This document shows positions 58,701 through 64,000 of a stretch of DNA of 64,000 nt, in pieces (position 1 is the stretch's first letter; every line of letters begins with the position of its first letter). The stretch is from Candidatus Omnitrophota bacterium (GTDB taxonomy: Bacteria > Omnitrophota > Gorgyraeia > Zapsychrales > Zapsychraceae): assembly GCA_015233115.1 (NCBI GenBank), contig JADFYJ010000003.1:40536-104535 (forward strand), written 5' to 3'. The translations under genes and the position numbers were made by a program. The notes below the pieces were generated by a model. The model saw nothing but the letters and a program-made list of their open reading frames with translations. It had not been told where the DNA came from and did not search any database.

Positions 58701-58701
58701 G
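52792..58701 (+). CDS. Giant (1969 aa) secreted protein of unknown function with an embedded class I SAM-methyltransferase-like domain (~nt 55100-55560)
   Basis: Signal peptide FLIFTFMISNGSVPVRYANA/QE. MTase motifs GGRVLDLMSG (I), FDAVIM, LKPGGVFMLAF. Confidence 0.6.
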   Translation: MKSREANIGRKIIASFLIFTFMISNGSVPVRYANAQESFTSGVGLSAAFTPSLLKGVKIYADNPFRLDFILDKGGTSSQRDMKIESERLIKYFLAAVTVPEKDLWVNLSPYEKNRIIPDAFGVTQMGRDLLAQDYILKQITASLTNPEGEIGREFWNKIYSSLSRDPCLRGDDNSFNIPTDILSKVWIVPEKAVVYEAKDSAYVVESKLKVMTDQDYALSVGTGPLPVRMEESTQQVIREVIIPLLEKEVNTGKNFAQLRQVYNSLILAMWFKDKIKESIFGKAYVDQNKTGGIDIADKNEKEKIWAKYVETFKKGAYNYIKEEYDPNIQQIIPRKYFSGGFTALGLQHNLIRTHDRAMLQPAVLDNAMIVKTNFTATNQNTDKVAMIMLDRGLELTVFRRPEPAMVNNFSWEDIYSGGRLAFGDKEDVDARVKQILSSVMWKELENALPYVDQFVDRIFAEYPDYTIIVAGRDGEIFYDALSWKKLPATKVRLIHSGHFLLSDLIHKQEAAAEKGLIDPVVKKFLEDAGLTPQAIKNKEKFLFVDTGFRGSAGQILKEIFWSVFPHAEGLRFESVLMAGWDPKLTYLRPIYAEPLIFFDVPKDKLVHDFSRSYALIPQEYKNKTTPYTTNFTLGTVLQLLPRYHGHSLSAILSHDGRLEIKFTEVPVNWDMDTIDYRGFDSDIVNPLAALMVQKRTLEYFAAKQRTVLGPDRAMMRDYEKDDSVAFALKSRKISHSLEAADENNPYSNMFEIKSSGFVSHSQIHSYLGEDFDRIVAENYSKYIPQGGRVLDLMSGYHTHIGENLNLNQAAGVGLNAYEMYANPKLTSFNLQDLNTNPKFPSDWNEHFDAVIMTSGIAYLTSPQDVFRSAAKTLKPGGVFMLAFDRHFLVPEAMPLWETFSNEERLAFVLKKLELAGGFKITEHKIYPQDGITIIVCRKSAISGQESETQTLPLKESFQRTQLRTQDMDPIFVEAERFSGGPKMKVKMPAAVYQRIETRDKGAFFIKGLESLIGECFYEINRKTRALEIKQISPERVSFHGWQYFSMLLHILRTAVTISLKEEDTKGAVTVRLTNLNNNKQVGELALRLNGILNVRLFNTNVQEWSISAERTREFLDATKKILDEQFKTLPDFAADRAMIQASMIKDGNKFQSFQLAPRTALYPGGLDFRIFDLFPNLEVAHFVNNRPFRVEFLMENLFFYDISPYSNFFGHLAYKQMMVRYLQSSADYFISDDLQDSIMYGTYLQMHWDKIQIGMEPFVLAELEKREAKNIQVKQINEDVWTGKLFQIEFDDKTGRHRTVYYHETDAFKAPGNKILSDGIANGADLVFLKGWNVEKYPSMVGQILRPGTIIAQDRTEKREDYKVLGRLGGVASYWGQLGHNNYMRVYEYQPLAGDYMIKRSPADAAPMSHDQAMNSLLDNVIFINNLTQAGLSGYLKTFRDVSPNKGRQLAGMGREVLGTFYFGSQGTEKPTLILASRTKNSEGINSHRELAGLIGQDENAGVPFIWHFDDKKDPKELILFSSKDKDISEHEKRGQIIFSAKILLKMIQGVYPQADDCYLIRLAVQENVLTKEDMESLSFSQYPGGLYDLRAIANLPMEHDPVMNIFPPRVAERAQALRDTIAQVRKEQPDSAIHFENTVDEHGELPEEELVADPKQKLLNDEESERYGDRENRIAYWANQYDVKIEFLKLVRDYQSGQIKNIKDFESRLLKMHRVLLLGYDGQSLYAPQTFLHFHIKSRMELKNEIDAIAGRFFDRLPDNKVKIIYEDFQRLMKYFNSVNLTIELNSFTADLSRFYSNFLGDWQTTGYLFEYGNNSLVMNMFNGFLRLADFKGISHNEFDSEAYDLTRGLRYAKIAAIRMGTKVELQESDIPPVYKSFLTAIKAANDRDRAQTSNTGGIDLTRDKMGLQVRGTGDGVQFKFDAAMIQKLQNASGLTPVIIDIRPMTTTVPVFLGLSEEIPAAKLSMR

Positions 58702-58703
58702 AG

Positions 58704-59107
58704 TTATATCAAGAATTGACGCTCAAATAATGCGGGAGTTAAAACTGAAAGATTTTTATAACCTGCTGTTCTTAATAAGGCTTTGTCGCCGGTTACGATA
58801 ATGGCTTTAACAGTTAAAGCACAGGCAATAAATTTATCATCATCTGGATCGTCGCATACCGCATGAAGGAGAGCTGTTGGTTTTGTCAAACGCACATTTT
58901 TTCGGATAAAAAAGAGAAGGTCTTGTCTGGGTTAAACATTGATTTATTTTGCGCGAGTTCCTGTATGACGCGTTCGTATTCATCTAGAATTTCGGTTGTT
59001 GCAAAAAGCGTGAATTGTCCTGAGTGCCATGCTTTTAGAATACGCGAGGGTGTACCGTTAAAAAATAAACCGGAGATGAGAACATTGGTGTCAAGAACGA
59101 CGTTCAT
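58704..59107 (-). pseudogene. vapC: PIN-domain VapC toxin split by a frameshift (two overlapping ORFs, 58886-59107 and 58704-58895)
   Basis: The N-terminal part carries VVLDTNVLIS and the C-terminal part carries DDDKFIACALTVKAIIVTGDKALL, in different frames. Confidence 0.55.
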
Positions 59108-59370
59108 TTGTAATGTCGAACTTTCTTAATAGCACTAGTAACATCAGCCGGTTTTAACTGAACTTTTCGGGCATAATCTTTCGCTTCAGCAAGGATAATA
59201 TTGAATTCGTCCTTTGAAGGTTCTGGCGTAGCCTTAAAAACGATGGTGTCGTCTTTCCCGTAGACGAGAAATAAATCCCCTGTTTTGAGCTTCAAATTAG
59301 CGCGTATGGCCTCGGGAATAACAACCTGCCCTTTAGATGATAATTTTGTGGTGGCTTTAATCGCGATCAT
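59104..59370 (-). CDS. AbrB/MazE/SpoVT-family antitoxin (VapB-like)
   Basis: KLSSKGQVVIPEAIR swapped-hairpin motif. Overlaps the vapC start. Confidence 0.65.
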   Translation of the reverse strand: MIAIKATTKLSSKGQVVIPEAIRANLKLKTGDLFLVYGKDDTIVFKATPEPSKDEFNIILAEAKDYARKVQLKPADVTSAIKKVRHYK

Positions 59371-59610
59371 ATGTTTCCTTTCTTACTAGTAAGATTATAA
59401 CATGATTTTATAAAAAAACAAGAGCATCTCATTAATTACCCTGAAAAAATGGTGTCAGAAAAAATGGTGTCAGATCTCGACTTGAAACATTTTGTTCGAA
59501 ACGAAAGCTTTTCGCCGGTTAACTGCCAAGCGTCAAAGGTGGGTCGAGGTCAGACACCATTTTTTAGGCTTAAATTGACAAAGCTAAAGGACTATGCTAG
59601 AGTTTTGGCA

Positions 59611-60612
59611 ATGAAAAAATCCCATGTACTACTTATATTATTAGGTTTATTTTTTCTCGCCCAAGATGCTTCCGCATTCTGGATGTGGACCCCGGAAACC
59701 AATAAATGGGTGAACCCCAAATATTCGGTCAAAGATACCCCCAAAGAGCAGTTGGATTTTGCCAAGGGATTTTATGATTCAAAACAATATCCGGAAGCAG
59801 TCCGTGAACTTAAAAAATTAATCAAAAATTATCCTAAATCTCGGGATGCGGCCAACGCGCAATATTATATTGGCCGGTGTTACGAGGATCAGGGAAAACT
59901 ATATTCCGCTTTTAAGGAATACCAACTGGTTTTGGATAAGTATCCGTTTAGTGAGATGTCGCCGGAGGTGATTGAACGGGAGTATAAGATTGGCCAGAAG
60001 TTAATGGATAATCCTAATAAGGGAACCATTTTGGACGCGGTGGCCGGCGAGAAATATGATATTGTCAAAGTGTTCCAAACTATTATTAAAAACGAGCCCT
60101 ATGGTAAATATGCCGCGCCATCCCAGTATAAGATTGGTTTGTATTTGATGGGAAAAGGATTAACTCAGGAAGCCCGGGATGAATTTGAGAAGGTGATTAA
60201 TGATTATCCGGAGAGTGAATGGGTCAAAGCCGCGAAATATCAAATCGCAACCGCGGATTCCAAACGTTCCACCAAGGCGCAGTACGATCAGAAAGTTACG
60301 GGATCAGCTGTCGATGAATTTAAAAATTTTGTCAAAGAATATCCAGACGCTGAATTAACTCAGGTCGCGAAAGATCAGATTCAGGAATTGAGAGATAAAG
60401 AGGCGGAAAATAATTTTGTGGTCGCGGAATTTTATGAGAAGCAAAAAAATTATTCTGCCGCTAAATTATATTATGAAGGCATTGTGACTGATTACAAAGA
60501 TTCTAAGTGGGCGATTAAGGCTTTGCGGAAAGTAAGAGATTTAGGCGATAAGGTTGATAAAGTTGATAAATTTGACAAAATTGAAAATCACGCCTCTAAA
60601 GGAAAAAAATGA
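59611..60612 (+). CDS. TPR-repeat envelope protein (BamD/YbgF-like)
   Basis: Signal peptide LLILLGLFFLAQDASA followed by TPRs. Start placed at ATG 59611; the track's 59449 start would translate an inverted-repeat region. Confidence 0.5.
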   Translation: MKKSHVLLILLGLFFLAQDASAFWMWTPETNKWVNPKYSVKDTPKEQLDFAKGFYDSKQYPEAVRELKKLIKNYPKSRDAANAQYYIGRCYEDQGKLYSAFKEYQLVLDKYPFSEMSPEVIEREYKIGQKLMDNPNKGTILDAVAGEKYDIVKVFQTIIKNEPYGKYAAPSQYKIGLYLMGKGLTQEARDEFEKVINDYPESEWVKAAKYQIATADSKRSTKAQYDQKVTGSAVDEFKNFVKEYPDAELTQVAKDQIQELRDKEAENNFVVAEFYEKQKNYSAAKLYYEGIVTDYKDSKWAIKALRKVRDLGDKVDKVDKFDKIENHASKGKK

Positions 60613-61151
60613 AAAGGCTGATGGGATTTTTGATTGCGCTGGGTTTTCTGTCGGCAGCGGCCGGTTGCGGCTATACGACGGCCGGAGCTTTGCCTTCCAA
60701 TTATCATACGCTTTGGGTGAAAAACTTTGAAAATAAAGTTCAATTTACCACGGATGTTGGCCAGTCTAATTATTTTCCTTTGTTAGAAGTAAAAGCTCAT
60801 GATGCCATCATTCGTCGTTTTCTGTTTGATGGTCATTTAAAAGGTGCTCATGAAGATTCTGCGGATTTGATTTTAACCGGTGTCTTGAAAAGTTATGAGA
60901 AAAAGCCTTTGCGATTCACAGATAATGAAGATGTGCAGGAATACCGGGTTTACATTACAGTCGCGTTGGAATTAACTGAACGAGAAACCGGGAAAGTGGT
61001 CTGGACAGAACCAAGTTTTACGGGGGAAGGAACTTATTTATTGCAAGGGACAGTTTCGCCTAACGTGGCAGGATCAGAACAAGGCGCAGTGGATTTGGCT
61101 ATTCAAGATTTGGCTAACCGGGTGGTTGAGCGCACGATTGAGAATTGGTAG
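60609..61151 (+). CDS. lptE: LPS-assembly lipoprotein LptE (RlpB)
   Basis: Lipobox AAGCGY. About 180 aa. Conserved lptE-holA synteny. Confidence 0.55.
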   Translation: MKRLMGFLIALGFLSAAAGCGYTTAGALPSNYHTLWVKNFENKVQFTTDVGQSNYFPLLEVKAHDAIIRRFLFDGHLKGAHEDSADLILTGVLKSYEKKPLRFTDNEDVQEYRVYITVALELTERETGKVVWTEPSFTGEGTYLLQGTVSPNVAGSEQGAVDLAIQDLANRVVERTIENW

Positions 61152-61160
61152 TAATAACAG

Positions 61161-61181
61161 CATGTCGCATGTTGCATGTAG
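61161..61181 (+). repeat. Heptamer tandem repeat (CATGTCG CATGTTG CATGTAG) followed by an AAAAAACGATTGGTG box
   Basis: Lies 10 nt after the lptE stop. Confidence 0.6.
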
Positions 61182-61302
61182 AAAAAACGATTGGTGAAAA
61201 GCGAGACATGTCGCAGATAATAAATATAAACAGCAATCGCAATAGAATTTATTTTCGCCCTGAGCCAATGGCCAGGGCGTTCTTATATAGTCGGGAGAAG
61301 AT

Positions 61303-61965
61303 ATGATTTATGTGTTTTTGGGTGACAAGGTTGAGTTGAAAGATGAAAAACTTTCACAGATCAAGAAATCTGTTTTGAAGGATTCTGTTGAGGCTGAAAA
61401 TTTTGATTATGAAGTTTTTTACGCGGATGACCTTTCAGCGGATGACCTCAAAAAATCACTGATCACTTTGCCCGCGGTTGCTTCTCACCGGGTGATTGTT
61501 ATAAAAAATATAAAAAAATTAAATAAAGCTTCGCAAGAGGTGCTTTTGGCTTTTGAAGGTTCGGGGGCAGATCATGCGTATTTAATTTTAGACGGTGATA
61601 CTGTTTCTGAAAAAGATGCTTTTTGGTCAAAAATTTTATCTAGCGCAGAAGTGCTGCGTTTGGGATTAAGCGAGAAGTCCAATAATGTTTTTGACATGAC
61701 GCACGCGATACTGGCGAATAATTCCGTTAAAGCCTTGCAGATCATGGAAGCGATATTATCGGAAAAAGGCCAGGACCCGTTAAAAATGATGGGGGCTGTT
61801 TTGTGGGCATGGAAAAACGGCCGCGCTAAGTTGAAAATGGAACAGTATAAAAAAGGCCTCCAGTATATACAGGAGGCCGATTTGAATATTAAACGGAGCC
61901 GTTTGGTTCCGGAACACGCCATGGAATTGTTAATCGTTAAGCTATGCTGTTTAGGAGCTTGCTGA
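61303..61965 (+). CDS. holA: DNA polymerase III delta subunit (short form)
   Basis: N-terminal clamp-loader delta pattern IYVFLGDK...LITLPAVASHRVIVIKN. Sits downstream of lptE. Confidence 0.5.
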   Translation: MIYVFLGDKVELKDEKLSQIKKSVLKDSVEAENFDYEVFYADDLSADDLKKSLITLPAVASHRVIVIKNIKKLNKASQEVLLAFEGSGADHAYLILDGDTVSEKDAFWSKILSSAEVLRLGLSEKSNNVFDMTHAILANNSVKALQIMEAILSEKGQDPLKMMGAVLWAWKNGRAKLKMEQYKKGLQYIQEADLNIKRSRLVPEHAMELLIVKLCCLGAC

Positions 61966-62200
61966 AGCGTGATTTACGACGAGCGGCTGTGTTATCTTTG
62001 ATGATATTGGTCTTAGCGGCTTTGTCGAGTTTTTTGTGTAAAGTTTTTAAGGTTTCTTTCGCGACATCAAGTTTTTTGTCAGCAACAGCTTTTAAGAAAC
62101 TTTTTTCACTTTTTTTGATCACAGTTTTGTGGTCAAGATTATCCATCTTGCGGCTGTGACTTTTACGTAGATCTTTAATACCTGCTTTGCGTTGTGGCAC
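61937..62200 (-). CDS. rpsT: 30S ribosomal protein S20
   Basis: GTG start after SD AAAGGAG. PQRKAGIKDLRKSHSRK...AARRKSRFSKLLNSIA. The track's ORF extends upstream spuriously. Confidence 0.7.
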   Translation of the reverse strand: MPQRKAGIKDLRKSHSRKMDNLDHKTVIKKSEKSFLKAVADKKLDVAKETLKTLHKKLDKAAKTNIIKDNTAARRKSRFSKLLNSIA

Positions 62201-62280
62201 TGTAAAACTCCTTTCTTGAAAACATTCCCACAGGGCTTTCCTGTGGAAGAGAGGCACAAATATAGCAAAAAGGATTTGGG

Positions 62281-63921
62281 ATGTCAATCAATAAATTTGA
62301 ACCAGCAAAACCTAAAGTCCGGGAACGGTGGAACCTGTCTTTTTTAAAAGGCAAAGACTCGTTTCGATCCATCATGCGTTCCACGTTTTCTATGGCAGTG
62401 GCTACGCTGATATCGCGAATACTGGGATTTGTGCGGGATGTGGTTCTGGCAAAAATGCTGGGGACTGGATTTCAGGCGGACGCGTTTTACACCGGGTTTA
62501 AGATCCCGAATTTATTCCGTTCCTTAGTAGGCGAAGGCGCCATGAATTCGGCGGTAGTGCCGACATTGTCCGGTTACGTGGAAAAAAGGAACCGTGCTAC
62601 GTTTTGGAATTTTGTCAGTGTTTTTTTAAAAGTGATGATGATTGTGCTGATTGTGCTCACGCTTGCCGGCATTATTTTTTCTCCTGCCCTGGTTCGGATC
62701 ATGGTTCCGGGTTTCGTTTCTGATCCGGTTAAGTTTAAAATGACCATTCATTTAACCCAGATCATGTTTCCTTATTTATTAATGACCGGAATCATGGCTT
62801 ATTTTATGGCCGTCCTTTTTACTTTCCGTTCTTTTTGGGTTCCTATGTTTAGTCCGACGTATTTGAACATTTCCATGATTGCCGGCGCGTTGATTTGTTC
62901 GGGGCGGATGAAAGAGCCGGTATACGGAATTGCAATCGCCGTGGTCCTTGGGGGAATATGGCAGGTTATCGCTCATTTTCCGGCGCTAAAAGCCGCAGGT
63001 TTTCGTTATAAAAAACCTAAGACCATGAATCATCCGGGCGTGATAAAGATTGGTAAATTATTAATTCCGCGGGTAATTGGCAGCGGTGTCTACCAGTTGT
63101 CTATTGTTATTGATTCTTTTTGCGCGTCCTTGAGCACCATAGTAGGAATGGGAGGCGTTTCCGCGATTTATTACGCGAACAGGATTGTGCAGTTTCCCAT
63201 GGGTTTGTTCGGCGTGGCGTTAGCCTCCGCGGTTTTACCATCCCTGTCATTATTGGTCAGCCGGAACGACATGGATTCATTCCGGAAAACTTTGGCGTTT
63301 TCACTGGAAAACATGTATTTTGTAATGGCGCCAATGGCGGTATTGATCATGGTGCTGGCTTTTCCCATTACCCGGATATTATTTCAGCGCGGCTTGTTTG
63401 ACGCGTATTCCACACACATTACAGCGTGGGCCTTATGTTTTTCCGCTTTGGGGTTGTTCACGTTTGGCGGCATTAAAATATTAGTTTCCGCTTTTCACGC
63501 TTTGGCGGATACAAAGACGCCGGTGTGGGTGGCGTTCTGGTGTTTAGTGATTAACACAATTTTGAATTTTGTTTTGATGTATCCGTTTAAAGTCGGCGGT
63601 ATCGCTTTAGCCAGCTCTATTGCCGGCACTGTGGATTTCGCAGTTTTATTTTTGGTTTTGCGTAAACGTTTAGGCGGATTAAAGTCGGACCTAAGGTGGT
63701 ATTGGATCAAGGTGACTTTTGTGTGTATACTGCAAGGATATTTGGTTTGGTGGCTGTGGAAAGAGTGGACTTTACCCTGGCCGTGGGTGAAATTATTCGC
63801 GGTAATCGCGATAGGCGCGATTTTTTATCAGGCCGCGTGTATGCTGTTCAAAGTTCAGTCAGCGCAGAAGGTGTGGAGCACGTTGATAAGAAAAATGACA
63901 AGCAACAATGTCGCAGTGTGA
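62281..63921 (+). CDS. murJ: Lipid II flippase MurJ (MviN)
   Basis: Fourteen-TM MOP-family pattern. RSTFSMAVATLISRILGFVRDVVLAKMLG. Confidence 0.9.
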   Translation: MSINKFEPAKPKVRERWNLSFLKGKDSFRSIMRSTFSMAVATLISRILGFVRDVVLAKMLGTGFQADAFYTGFKIPNLFRSLVGEGAMNSAVVPTLSGYVEKRNRATFWNFVSVFLKVMMIVLIVLTLAGIIFSPALVRIMVPGFVSDPVKFKMTIHLTQIMFPYLLMTGIMAYFMAVLFTFRSFWVPMFSPTYLNISMIAGALICSGRMKEPVYGIAIAVVLGGIWQVIAHFPALKAAGFRYKKPKTMNHPGVIKIGKLLIPRVIGSGVYQLSIVIDSFCASLSTIVGMGGVSAIYYANRIVQFPMGLFGVALASAVLPSLSLLVSRNDMDSFRKTLAFSLENMYFVMAPMAVLIMVLAFPITRILFQRGLFDAYSTHITAWALCFSALGLFTFGGIKILVSAFHALADTKTPVWVAFWCLVINTILNFVLMYPFKVGGIALASSIAGTVDFAVLFLVLRKRLGGLKSDLRWYWIKVTFVCILQGYLVWWLWKEWTLPWPWVKLFAVIAIGAIFYQAACMLFKVQSAQKVWSTLIRKMTSNNVAV

Positions 63922-63946
63922 CGATGTCATATTGTTAAGTTTTTAA

Positions 63947-64000
63947 TTAAGCGCGCGGTAGGGCGGCTTGCATTTAAACCAAATCCTTCGCTCAAACAAC
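63947..64000. repeat. Copy 2 of the structured intergenic repeat (5' portion only; the window ends)
   Basis: AAGCGCGCGGTAGGGCGGCTTGCATTTAAACCAAATCCTTCGCTCAAACAAC against 20339-20391. Confidence 0.6.

Noticed and set aside
59449-59610. Longer N-terminus of the TPR protein from the track's start
   Set aside because: It translates an inverted-repeat/promoter-like region. The ATG at 59611 gives a proper signal peptide.

Overview
This 64-kb window comes from a bacterial chromosome with Gram-negative envelope hallmarks (LptE, BamD-like TPR protein, MurJ, PEP-CTERM protein, L,D-transpeptidase). GC content looks moderate-to-low (~40%) by eye; I did not count it. The core is housekeeping: purF (3' fragment), pyrG, rpe, glmS, rsmI, mutL, mutS, comM, accA, rlmN, birA, a bioH-like hydrolase, mnmA, leuS, comEA/comEC, lptE, holA, rpsT, murJ, plus four tRNAs (Leu-GAG, Glu-CUC, Leu-CAA, Ala-GGC). 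Accessory and unusual content: (1) A ~9.1-kb integrative element sits between tRNA-Glu and its own terminator and is bounded by 49-bp direct repeats. It carries a serine recombinase, a tyrosine integrase, a small xis-like gene, a CI-like repressor with a divergent operator/promoter, and a tightly coupled three-gene operon of unknown function ending in a HEPN-like protein; it also carries a PD-(D/E)xK-like protein and secreted proteins. (2) A LamG-domain surface protein gene has an (AAGC)11 tract in its 5' coding region and a strong ATG+SD that is currently out of frame, i.e. a phase-variable contingency locus in the OFF state. (3) A 22-bp-armed palindromic element occurs in the same reading frame inside leuS and across the lipoprotein/trmB junction, encoding IGDSALF / NRALSPIL; this resembles RPE-like coding-embedded repeats. 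(4) There are several further repeat families: CACCGCGTCGG palindromes, inverted GTAACNGA octamer arrays, heptamer YATGTNG tandems directly after stop codons, a ~125-nt structured repeat, and a MITE-like 28-bp inverted repeat. (5) A 1969-aa secreted giant protein has an embedded class I SAM-MTase-like domain and is flanked by HigBA and a frameshifted VapBC. (6) A FIST / GAF-histidine-kinase / receiver-GGDEF(GGDDF) signalling operon is present. All calls are by eye from motifs in the sequence; no database searches were run.
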